A stretch of 64,000 bases of DNA from Clostridia bacterium (GTDB lineage: Bacteria; Bacillota; Clostridia; Christensenellales; Aristaeellaceae), in NCBI GenBank assembly GCA_036756425.1, contig DAIOLC010000001.1:6023-70022 (forward strand). The letters run 5' to 3'. The notes below the pieces were generated by a model. That model made no database searches. It saw only the letters and a program-made list of their open reading frames with translations, and had not been told where the DNA came from. The position numbers were made by a program, and so were the translations under genes. Shown one piece after another: positions 49,581 through 57,731 of the stretch; positions within the stretch are counted from its first letter, which is position 1; each line of letters opens with the position of its first letter.

Positions 49581-49606
49581 AAAAGCGCCCCGACGGGCGC
49601 TTTTTT
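49581..49606 (+). terminator. Rho-independent terminator after rubredoxin
   Basis: AAAAGCGCCC-cgac-GGGCGCTTTTTT. Confidence 0.8.
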
Positions 49607-49665
49607 AATGCCATGCACCGGCCGGGCCGAAGCTGAGATACGTATTCCGGGCAGGCGCGGAACCG

Positions 49666-51249
49666 TCAGTCCGCCAGCCGCCGGGCGGCTTCCAGTTCCT
49701 CCAGGGGTTTTTTGGCGACCAGCAGCAGGATAAACCCCGCGAGGAACAGCAGCAGCAGGCACAGCGCGCCCAGGGAAGATCGGCCGGTCAGGTCGCCGAC
49801 CAGGGCGAAGAGAAAGGGTCCGATGACGGTGGCGAACTTGCCGAAGATATCGAAGAACCCGAAGTACTCGTTGGAACGCTTCTTGGGCACCAGCTTGCCG
49901 AAATAGCTTCGGCTGACCGCCTGGATGCCGCCCTGCATCGTACCGACCAGCACGGCCATGCCCCAGAACAGCGCGGTGGAAAAGCCGATTGCGCCCTGGT
50001 AGCGCCTGATTTCTTCCGCGTTCCGGGACTGGAAATCGGTGAGCATGGCGTTGAGGTTCGGCAAGGCTTTTGCGGCCAGCGCTTCGTCGGCCGCGCTGAT
50101 GCCGTTCCAGGTGAACGCCAGCTTGCCCACGGCTTCCGCGTCCTTGGAGCGGGCGGCCCGCTCCGCCGCGGTCAGGTAGGAAGCCAGCGCTTCCTTCGCG
50201 CTGTCCCCGTCCTCAAACGCCGCGGGGTTTGCGATGTCCTCGAAAGCGGAACGGCGGGTGGCGAAGGCAGCGCGGTAAGCGTCCTGGTGCGGCTCCAGCG
50301 TAAAGCCCATGACGAAGCCCACGAAGCAGATAAACATATAGACCGAAATCGCGATGAGCAGTGCCTTGCGCGTGGTAATCCTGCCCGCCATCCGGGCGAA
50401 GAGGATGGAGGAGGGCATGGCGACGATCTGGGTGACCAGCAGCGCCAGGATCATGCCGGTCGCCCCCAGGCCAAGGGCGGTGCCGTAGGCGGTGGAGATG
50501 GAGATGACCGTGCCCACCCCATCGATATAGAAGAAGTACGCCAGGATGAACAGCAGCAGGCCCCGCTGCGAGACGATGTCCCTGGCGGTGTGCAGCACGT
50601 TGTCGAAGGCGCCTTTCAGCGAGATGCGCTCCGGCCGCTCGATGTAGTGCGTCTGCTCGACGTTTTTGAGGAAGGGGATGGAAAAGACCAGCCACCATAC
50701 GGGGACGATCAGGATGGAGAACTTCTGGGCGAAGGGGCTGTCGTACCCCAACACCATCAAAACGGCGATGGATATGACGAAGGGAATCGTGCTCCCGCCG
50801 ATGTAGCCCATTGCGTATCCCCAGGAGGAGACCTTGTCCATGCGCTCGTTGGTGGTCACGTCCGTGAGGAAGCTGTCGTAGAAGAGGTTGGAGCCGGAAA
50901 ACCCGATCCGGGACAGGACGTAGAACGCCAGCATGAGCTGCCAGTTCCCGGTCAGGGCGATGAGCGCCGTGGACAGGACGCCCAGCAGCATGAACACCGT
51001 AAACAGGCGCTTTTTCATCCCCCGGTAGTCCGCGATGGAACCCAGCAGCGGCGCCAGCACCGCGACGATCAGCGTGGCCAGGCTGGTGCCGTACCCCCAC
51101 CAGGCGTCCCCCTGCTCGCCGACGAAGTTGACGAAGATGGTCGGGAATATCGCGGCCATAATGTTGGTCGCGTAAATCGAGTTGGCCCAGTCATACAGAA
51201 TCCAGCTGCGTTCCTTGAGGGTGAATCGTTTCTGGCTAACGTCCTGCAT
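49666..51249 (-). CDS. MFS transporter (UMF1/Atg22-like family)
   Basis: It has about 12 TM. The N-terminus ERSWILYDWANSIYATNIMAAIFP is typical of the UMF1 family. A hydrophilic insertion of about 100 aa sits between the two six-helix halves. Confidence 0.78.
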   Translation of the reverse strand: MQDVSQKRFTLKERSWILYDWANSIYATNIMAAIFPTIFVNFVGEQGDAWWGYGTSLATLIVAVLAPLLGSIADYRGMKKRLFTVFMLLGVLSTALIALTGNWQLMLAFYVLSRIGFSGSNLFYDSFLTDVTTNERMDKVSSWGYAMGYIGGSTIPFVISIAVLMVLGYDSPFAQKFSILIVPVWWLVFSIPFLKNVEQTHYIERPERISLKGAFDNVLHTARDIVSQRGLLLFILAYFFYIDGVGTVISISTAYGTALGLGATGMILALLVTQIVAMPSSILFARMAGRITTRKALLIAISVYMFICFVGFVMGFTLEPHQDAYRAAFATRRSAFEDIANPAAFEDGDSAKEALASYLTAAERAARSKDAEAVGKLAFTWNGISAADEALAAKALPNLNAMLTDFQSRNAEEIRRYQGAIGFSTALFWGMAVLVGTMQGGIQAVSRSYFGKLVPKKRSNEYFGFFDIFGKFATVIGPFLFALVGDLTGRSSLGALCLLLLFLAGFILLLVAKKPLEELEAARRLAD

Positions 51250-51438
51250 GTCGGCGCCCTCCGGTTATTTATTGGGTGCAGTATATCCCTTTTCAGGCGT
51301 CTTGGATAGTTGCAGAGACCGCCCCGACGGCTTGTGGCGTGCCCGTATCTATCCGGGGTGTGATGACGGGCGAAGCGGGGTCCACCCGGTTCGCCGGACG
51401 GCCGGCGGGACGGGCTGCCCGGGGCATCATGTGACAAG

Positions 51439-51715
51439 TTATCAACAGTTCGTCACGGGAAATTAATATTTGGCCGGGAAAGAAAACATTGACGAAACAG
51501 ATACGGCGTTCGCGTAATTTTATGCATTCGGACTCCCAGTTCCTGTGGCTTCGTGCGACCCGCTCCACAAGGGATGGTGGTTGGGGTGAACATTTCCACA
51601 TCCCTCATGCATCCGGGAACCCGCCCCTCCCCGTTTGATTCTTCGCGCCCCCCATGGTAGAATGCCGCCGTGGGAGAACGGTCAATCCGCGCTTATCCAC
51701 AGGAAGATATCCACA
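51439..51715 (+). promoter_or_regulatory. DnaA-box cluster and dnaA promoter region (autoregulatory site and/or part of oriC)
   Basis: There is a perfect TTATCCACA at 51693-51701. Variant boxes are ATATCCACA (51707-51715), ATTTCCACA (51592-51600) and TTATCAACA (51439-51447). The promoter candidate is TTGATT (51635-51640), 17 nt, then TGgTAGAAT (TAGAAT at 51658-51663). Confidence 0.7.
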
Positions 51716-51801
51716 GATGCGCCCGGGTTGAAACGGCCAAGTCTGTTTTTTTTACCCCGTCGGCTTGCATAGGCATGCATAATCAAGGAATCAGGAGAAC
51801 G

Positions 51802-53121
51802 GTGTTGGACTACCAGTCGATTTGGCAAAAGGCCTGTCAGCTCATGCACGCGGAGATGTCCGACGTGACATATTCCACGTGGATCGAGCGGGCGCTCAAA
51901 CCCCTGGACATCCGGGGGGACCAGTATTTTGTCAAGGCTGAGACCGATTTTTACCACCAGTTCGTGGTCCCGCGCTATTCCGCGCTGATATCATCCGCGC
52001 TTCGCCAGGCTTCGGGCAAGGAACTGCGGCTCAACATCCTGACCCCCAGCCAGGCGACGCAGTTCCGCGACGGCGCGGCCATCATGGTCAAGCCGGCGCC
52101 CCAGCTCAACGCGCGATACACCTTCGAGTCCTTCGTCGTCGGCTCCGGCAACCGCTTCGCCCACGCGGCGTCCCTGGCCGTCGCGCAGTCGCCGGCGGAC
52201 GCCTATAACCCCCTGTTCATCTACGGCGGGGTCGGCCTGGGGAAAACCCACCTGATGCACGCCATCGGGCATTACATCCTGCAGGAAAAACCGGAAACGC
52301 GGCTTGAATACGTGACCAGCGAAACCTTCACCATTGAGCTGGTCACCGCCATCCAGACCAACCGGAACGTCCAGTTCCGGGAAAAGTACCGCAGCGTCGA
52401 CGTCCTGCTGATTGATGACATCCAGTTCATCGCCGGCCGCGACTCCACCCAGGAGGAGTTCTTCCACACCTTCAACGCCCTTTTCGGCGCGGGAAAGCAG
52501 ATCATCATCTCCTCCGACCGGCCGCCCAAGGAAATCGCCCACCTGGAGGAGCGGCTGCGCAGCCGCTTCCTCTCCGGCCTCATCGCCGACATCCAGCGGC
52601 CGGACCTGGATACCCGCTGCGCCATCCTGCGCTCCAAGGCGCGGGAGGAAAGCATCCAGGTGGGGGAGGACGTGGTGCAGATGATTGCCCAGAACGTGGA
52701 CAGCAACATCCGCGAGCTGGAGGGCAGCCTGACGCGCCTGCAGGCCTATTCATCCCTTTCCGGCAAGGAAATCAGCCTGAACCTCGCGCAGGAGGCGCTC
52801 AGGGAAATCATCTCCGAGCACCAGCCCCGCTCCGTCACCTGCCAGGACGTCCTGGAGGCCGTCTCCACGTATTACGACATCCAGACCGACGACCTGAAAG
52901 GCCCCCGCCGCAGCCGGAGCGTCACCGTCCCCCGGCAGATTATCATGTACCTGTCCCGCAAGCTCACGGAGGCCAGCCTGCCCCAGATCGGGGAGATGCT
53001 GGGCGGGCGTGACCACTCCACGGTGCTGCACGGCTGCGCGAAAATCGAAAGCCTGATGCTGGAATCCCCGCCCATCAAGGCGGCGGTCAGCGACCTGAGC
53101 AAGCTGCTGCTGCGCGGCTGA
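51802..53121 (+). CDS. dnaA: Chromosomal replication initiator protein DnaA
   Basis: AAA+ motifs are present (NPLFIYGGVGLGKTHL, LLIDDIQF). The domain IV signature is RDHSTVLHGCAKIE. The start is taken at GTG 51802 or TTG 51805 after AGGAGA, because the promoter and DnaA boxes lie inside the longer track ORF (51670). Confidence 0.93.
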   Translation: MLDYQSIWQKACQLMHAEMSDVTYSTWIERALKPLDIRGDQYFVKAETDFYHQFVVPRYSALISSALRQASGKELRLNILTPSQATQFRDGAAIMVKPAPQLNARYTFESFVVGSGNRFAHAASLAVAQSPADAYNPLFIYGGVGLGKTHLMHAIGHYILQEKPETRLEYVTSETFTIELVTAIQTNRNVQFREKYRSVDVLLIDDIQFIAGRDSTQEEFFHTFNALFGAGKQIIISSDRPPKEIAHLEERLRSRFLSGLIADIQRPDLDTRCAILRSKAREESIQVGEDVVQMIAQNVDSNIRELEGSLTRLQAYSSLSGKEISLNLAQEALREIISEHQPRSVTCQDVLEAVSTYYDIQTDDLKGPRRSRSVTVPRQIIMYLSRKLTEASLPQIGEMLGGRDHSTVLHGCAKIESLMLESPPIKAAVSDLSKLLLRG

Positions 53122-53124
53122 GGC

Positions 53125-54198
53125 GAATAGGTTTACAGGTTGCCTAAAAAGGACGCATTTTATTGAAAAGAATAGGCTGTCAGCCAGTTCATCGAGAGAT
53201 ATAGTGCCTTCAGCAAGTATGGACGCACAACAATACAGTAATTTCATCAGGAAATAGTGCAGTATGCAAGATGATCAACTGTCACGGAAATATCGAGATG
53301 CAGCATTCGTGGGTAGAATCGGGAAATTGTATATTCATGTTTATACTCGGGATGAGGGAAAAACGCCTCATTTTCATGTAATCAACAGGGATATGACTTT
53401 TGACTGCCTTATAAAAATCTTGGAACCCGAGTATTATCAGCATGGCTCATATACGGACATGTTGTCCAAGCGGACCATCAAGACCCTTATGAAGTTCTTG
53501 GAGAGTCCCAAACGTTCAACAAGATATATAGGAACTAACTGGAATAATCTAATAGATCTCTGGAATACAAGCTTGAATCGGAGAAAAGTTGATATGAATC
53601 ATCCTATGCCAGATTATACGAAACTCAAGTAATGTAAGCTGATTCTTATAAAAACTCGATAATCTAATGTTTAGAATTATCAACTCAAAACATTAACAAT
53701 ACTGTCCGAGCAGGTGTTGCCAATCCATTTCAAGCGCGCGAAAAGAATCGGAGATAAGTCTATATAGAAATGTGCTTGATGTAATTGAGATAGAGTTTTT
53801 GCAAAGACTTATTTTCCGTGCGAGCCAATTCATGGCCATCATATACTTATGACCACTTGTCTTGAGGAATCGGAAGGCAGAGCCCGCCGAACATTTACGC
53901 GCAGCGCCGCATCGGAACGGCTTTCGCTCCCGCAAGCGAGGCATATGAATGCGCGCTCACATTCCGGGGCTCCTCCTTTCCAATGAGAAGCTTGTCTATT
54001 ATCTGCAGATGATTCGCTCCTTTATTGCAGCCTTCAGGGGAACCATGCGGATGGGAGCGGGAAGTGGCGACAAGTTGCGGGTTCGGCTACATCAAATTTA
54101 TGCTTTGCATTGTTTTCAGCCAGTAATTGCTGCGGAACAGGCGGAGGTTCCCATTTCCCAAAAGCAAGGGAAGGTTCGCTAACACATCAACAATACGC
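53125..54198. other. Conspicuously AT-rich island of about 1 kb between dnaA and rpsR
   Basis: Base composition drops sharply by eye right after the dnaA stop and recovers at the rpsR terminator. The 9-mer CAACAATAC occurs at 53228-53236 and 54188-54196. Confidence 0.7.
53264..53632 (+). CDS. Small AT-rich-codon protein, tentatively DUF4160-like
   Basis: 122-aa ORF. The segment KLYIHVYTRDEGKTPHFHV resembles the xIxxYxxDHxPPHFHV core of DUF4160 proteins. Its codon usage is unlike the neighbouring genes. Confidence 0.5.
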   Translation: MQDDQLSRKYRDAAFVGRIGKLYIHVYTRDEGKTPHFHVINRDMTFDCLIKILEPEYYQHGSYTDMLSKRTIKTLMKFLESPKRSTRYIGTNWNNLIDLWNTSLNRRKVDMNHPMPDYTKLK

Positions 54199-54225
54199 AA
54201 AAGAACCGGCCGCCGGCCGGTTCTT
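54199..54225 (-). terminator. Rho-independent terminator after rpsR
   Basis: Minus-strand AAGAACCGGCC-ggc-GGCCGGTTCTTTT. Confidence 0.75.
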
Positions 54226-54239
54226 CGCACGAACGCGGA

Positions 54240-54500
54240 TCAGTCCGCCGAGTAGGGCATCAGCGCGATGGCACGCGCGCGCTTGATGGCCTCCGACAGC
54301 TGCCGCTGGTGCTTGGCGCAGGTTCCCATCATCCTGCGCGGGGAAATCTTGCCGCGCTCGTTGATGTAGCGGCGCAGCCGGTTGACGTCCTTGTAATCGA
54401 TGTAGACCACCTTGTTGGCGCAGAAATCGCAAACCTTGCGCCGGGGGCGCCGGCCGCCGCGGGGGCGCTGCCTTCTTTCGGCTCCTCTATCCTCAGACAT
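54240..54500 (-). CDS. rpsR: 30S ribosomal protein S18
   Basis: ...[49 protein letters not shown]... Confidence 0.96.
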   Translation of the reverse strand: MSEDRGAERRQRPRGGRRPRRKVCDFCANKVVYIDYKDVNRLRRYINERGKISPRRMMGTCAKHQRQLSEAIKRARAIALMPYSAD

Positions 54501-54523
54501 GGCTCTGTCTCCTCACTTCTTCA

Positions 54524-54949
54524 TTAAAAGGGCAGGTCGTCGTCGTCCACGCGGACGAAACCGCCGCCCGGCTCCTGCGCCGGCGCCTGCTGGGCAGGCG
54601 CGGGGCGGCTGTCGCCGCCGCCTTCGCCGCGCGGGGTCAGGAATTCCACCTCGTCCGCGCTGACTTCCAGGCTGTAGCGCTGCTGGCCGTCGTTGCCGGT
54701 GTAGTTCTGCAGCGTCAGCGTCCCCACCACGCCCACCTTGCGGCCCTTGGCCAGGAAGCGGTTGCAGTTCTCCGCCAGCTGCCGCCAGGTGGTCACGCGG
54801 AAGAAATCCGCCTCCGGCTGCCCGGCTTCCGCCCCCTGGCGGTTGCGCCGGTTGACCGCGACGGTGAAGTTGCACATCGGGACGCCGCTTTGGGTGCTGC
54901 GCATCTCCGGGTCGCGGGTCAGGTTGCCGATGATAAAAATCTTGTTCAT
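54524..54949 (-). CDS. ssb: Single-stranded DNA-binding protein
   Basis: MNKIFIIGNLTRDPEMR... OB fold, a Gly/Pro/Gln-rich linker, and an acidic tip DDDLPF. Confidence 0.96.
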   Translation of the reverse strand: MNKIFIIGNLTRDPEMRSTQSGVPMCNFTVAVNRRNRQGAEAGQPEADFFRVTTWRQLAENCNRFLAKGRKVGVVGTLTLQNYTGNDGQQRYSLEVSADEVEFLTPRGEGGGDSRPAPAQQAPAQEPGGGFVRVDDDDLPF

Positions 54950-54957
54950 GCCGGACT

Positions 54958-55347
54958 TTACTCCTCGTTCGCTTCGGCGACGGCCTCGACGTCCGGTTCC
55001 GGCACGTCGGCGGCCTGGCCTTGCGGCACGGCGCGCTGCGCCTGTGGCTTGACGTTGGAGCGCTTGTGTTCCACGCGCGTGATGAGATAGCGCATCACGT
55101 TGTCGTCGATTTCAAGCAGGCGCTCCAGCTCCTTGGGAAAGGTCGGGGGTGCGGAGAAGTTGACCAGGACGTAGTAGCCTTCCGGCTTGTCGTTCACCAG
55201 GTACGCCAGGCGGCGCTTTCCCCACTCCTCGGTCTTTTCGGTCTTGCCGCCGTTTTGCTCGATCAGCGCGTTGAAGCGCGCGATGAGTTCCTTGCGGGGC
55301 TCCTCCTCCAGGCTGACATCGACGATGTAGAGCAGTTCGTAATCCAT
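54958..55347 (-). CDS. rpsF: 30S ribosomal protein S6
   Basis: MDYELLYIVDVSLEEE...EEWGKRRLAYLVNDKPEGYYVLVNF. The ATG at 55347 is preceded by GGAGGTGAAAGG. The track ORF over-extends to 55929. Confidence 0.94.
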   Translation of the reverse strand: MDYELLYIVDVSLEEEPRKELIARFNALIEQNGGKTEKTEEWGKRRLAYLVNDKPEGYYVLVNFSAPPTFPKELERLLEIDDNVMRYLITRVEHKRSNVKPQAQRAVPQGQAADVPEPDVEAVAEANEE

Positions 55348-55413
55348 TCCTTTCACCTCCTCATGGACATATGGCGCCATGTCTTGCATGGCGCAAGGAT
55401 GTGCCGAAAATGG

Positions 55414-55442
55414 ATTATACATGCAACTCCCGACTTGCGCAA
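55414..55442 (-). promoter_or_regulatory. Sigma-70-type promoter candidate for rpsF-ssb-rpsR
   Basis: Minus-strand TTGCGC (55442-55437), a 17-nt spacer, then TATAAT (55419-55414). Confidence 0.55.
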
Positions 55443-55448
55443 GCATTT

Positions 55449-56339
55449 TTATCCCTTGTTGACAAACGCCGTGCCCAACGCCATGACAGCCAGCGCCGCC
55501 CAGAACAGCGCGCCCGGAACCTCGCGGAACAGCGCCAGTGAAAGCAGCGCCCCGATAAATGGCGCGACGGCGTAATACGCGCTGGTTTTCGCGGCGCCCA
55601 GGTGGCGCTGGGCCTTCACGTACAGGTATACGCTCAGCCCGTAGGAGAAAAATCCCAGCGCGAGGCTCTGCATCGCTATCAGGACGCCTGGCAGCGCTTC
55701 GCCGGCCAGAAGGCCGATGACAAGGGAGGCGCCGCCTGAGCCCAGCCCCTTGATGACGACGATTTGCCGGGCGTCCTTGGAGGACAGCATCCGCGTGCAG
55801 TTGTTCTCCAGCCCCCAGCAGGCGCAGGCCAGAAGGACCAGCAGGGAGCCGGCGCTGAACCGCAGGCTGTCCAGGTCCCGCAGGCTCAGCATCGCCGTCG
55901 CGGCGGTCACCAACAGGATGCCCGCCCACAACCTGCCGGAAACGCGCTCCTGAAACAGCAGCCAGGCGAACAGCGTGGTGGCGACGATTTCAAAGTTGTT
56001 GAGCAGGGACACGTTGGCCGCTGCGGCCAGCTTCAGGCCGGCCAGCAGCAGGATGGGCGCCATCACGTCCAGCGCTACCATGGCCAGGACGTACTTGCGC
56101 TCGCCCCTTCCCAGCGGCTCCTCACGGTCCTTGATTCCGGCGCCGCGCCGCGCCGCCCGCAGCAGCAGCATGCCCAGGCCGGCGCCCAGGTACAAAAGGC
56201 CGGCCAGCACGATGGCGCCGACGCTTTGCAGCAGGGTTTTTGCGACCGGCGTGCTGACCGCGTAGAAGGCGGCCGCCAGGAAGGCGTATACGCCCGCCTT
56301 CCGGCGCTCTGCCGCGGAAGCGTGGTTCGGCTGCGTCAA
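55449..56339 (-). CDS. DMT-superfamily (EamA-like) transporter
   Basis: 10-TM protein with two EamA-like halves, 296 aa. Confidence 0.8.
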   Translation of the reverse strand: MTQPNHASAAERRKAGVYAFLAAAFYAVSTPVAKTLLQSVGAIVLAGLLYLGAGLGMLLLRAARRGAGIKDREEPLGRGERKYVLAMVALDVMAPILLLAGLKLAAAANVSLLNNFEIVATTLFAWLLFQERVSGRLWAGILLVTAATAMLSLRDLDSLRFSAGSLLVLLACACWGLENNCTRMLSSKDARQIVVIKGLGSGGASLVIGLLAGEALPGVLIAMQSLALGFFSYGLSVYLYVKAQRHLGAAKTSAYYAVAPFIGALLSLALFREVPGALFWAALAVMALGTAFVNKG

Positions 56340-56343
56340 GGGA

Positions 56344-57729
56344 TTAGTACCGGACTTCCGGCAGGCTGGCGGCGGCGACGGACTGGCCCACGCGCCGTGC
56401 CCGCTCGTCCGGGATGCTCAGCGCGATGGCTCCCGCCAGTTCCGGATACTCCATCGCCATTGTTTCCCGGGCGGTGTCAATCATGACCGTCCCGCCCTCC
56501 CCGCTGGTGACCCGGCCCATGACCAGCACCTGCGCGACGTCGTAAAACTCCGCGTACCAGGCGACCGCATGGGCAAGGTAGACGCCGATGGTCTCATAGA
56601 TTTTCCGCGCCTGCGGGTTCCCCTCTTCCATTTCCTTCTGTACGGCTTTGAGCCGGTCCGCGGGGGAATCCGCGGCGTTCAAGACGATGCCCGCGGCGGG
56701 CGCCAGTTTGATGACGGCGTCCTGGGAGAAGTACTTGACCCCGCAGCCGATATCGCCGGACCACTCGTCCGCCATCGCGGCCGGGTTGCCGTCCACCGGC
56801 ACGAAGGCCAGCTCGTTGAGCCAGCCCATGATGCGCATGTGACTGTCCACATAGCCGCCCGCCTGGCTGGTGCCCATCGCCAGGCCCAGGACGCGCCCGG
56901 TTTCCAGGCTCATGGCGCCGGCCAGGGCGGTCACGTCGCCGTCGTTGGCCACCACCAGGGGCACGCCGCCCATTTCCCTGGCGGCGTTGATGTAAATATC
57001 CTTGACCTTTTTATTGAAAAGGTCCCTGGGAACCTTGATGAACAGCGAGGCGGCCATCACGCGGTTGTCCACGAACACGCCGGCGCTGGACACGCCGATG
57101 GCATCGACCCGGGGGAGGCGCGCAGCGGCCGCGCGCAGGGCGCTCAGGATGCCCTGGTAATGGTACTCCGGGTCCTCCTGGGTTTTCGGGAACCAGACGA
57201 CCTCCTCGGAATACACTGCCTCCCCGTCGATGACCGCGCTGACCTTCCGGTCGCTGCCGCCCGCGTCAAAGCCGATGCGGCAGCCGTTCAAGTGCCTGCC
57301 GACGTCGCTGGCGTCCTCCGCGGAACGGGCGTACCGGCCCGCTTCGTCCAGCCAGCATACCTCGAAGGGCCTTTCGTAGACGGTCTGCATGAAGTCCGCG
57401 TCAAACGCCCTGGAGCCGCCCGTGCGGTAAGCGCCTTTCAGGTATTCGAAGACGGAGGGGGAGCCGGACACGCTGACGCGGTGCCCGCCCCGCATCCACA
57501 GCAGGCTCTTGGCCACGCGGTCAACCATGGAAAAGTTGCGCGGGTCGTCGACGCCTTCGGGGAAAATATCCATCCGGTAGGTCGACCACAGCGTCTCGGA
57601 ACGGTGGAAGACCAGGGTCAGCGGAGCCGGGGCGCCGTGCCGCTTCACGTCCCGCCGGAAGGCGCGCAAGGCCAGCGGAAGGGGGGAAAACCCTGGATCG
57701 AGCGGGGCCTGCACTTTCAGCTTCGTCAT
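56344..57729 (-). CDS. ROK-family sugar kinase-like protein with an N-terminal extension of about 150 aa
   Basis: ROK core: IGFDAGGSDRKV (ATP-binding DxGG), GVSSAGVFVDN, VANDGDVTALAG. The ATG at 57729 lies just after the nagA stop. Confidence 0.75.
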   Translation of the reverse strand: MTKLKVQAPLDPGFSPLPLALRAFRRDVKRHGAPAPLTLVFHRSETLWSTYRMDIFPEGVDDPRNFSMVDRVAKSLLWMRGGHRVSVSGSPSVFEYLKGAYRTGGSRAFDADFMQTVYERPFEVCWLDEAGRYARSAEDASDVGRHLNGCRIGFDAGGSDRKVSAVIDGEAVYSEEVVWFPKTQEDPEYHYQGILSALRAAAARLPRVDAIGVSSAGVFVDNRVMAASLFIKVPRDLFNKKVKDIYINAAREMGGVPLVVANDGDVTALAGAMSLETGRVLGLAMGTSQAGGYVDSHMRIMGWLNELAFVPVDGNPAAMADEWSGDIGCGVKYFSQDAVIKLAPAAGIVLNAADSPADRLKAVQKEMEEGNPQARKIYETIGVYLAHAVAWYAEFYDVAQVLVMGRVTSGEGGTVMIDTARETMAMEYPELAGAIALSIPDERARRVGQSVAAASLPEVRY

Positions 57730-57731
57730 GT

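Noticed and set aside
51250-51440. A possible riboswitch in the GC-rich leader upstream of the MFS transporter. A GGCGAAC...GGTGGA stretch faintly recalled the ZTP motif.
   Set aside because: The 3' CCGCCTGGG pseudoknot partner and the other conserved ZTP positions are missing. I could not match any riboswitch consensus from memory. It needs cmscan before any claim.
51670-51801. The longer dnaA start suggested by the ORF track.
   Set aside because: The promoter -10 and two DnaA boxes lie inside this extension. Its translation is not DnaA-like, and an AGGAGA RBS precedes the GTG/TTG at 51802/51805.
53125-54198. The AT-rich island as a prophage remnant or IS element.
   Set aside because: No integrase, transposase, terminal inverted repeats or tRNA target is visible. 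Only a compositional anomaly and a 9-bp direct repeat are present, so it is reported as an island of unknown origin instead.
54958-55929. A 323-aa ORF extending rpsF upstream.
   Set aside because: S6 begins at MDYELLY (ATG 55347) with a strong RBS and promoter. The extension overlaps the EamA transporter gene and is low-complexity.
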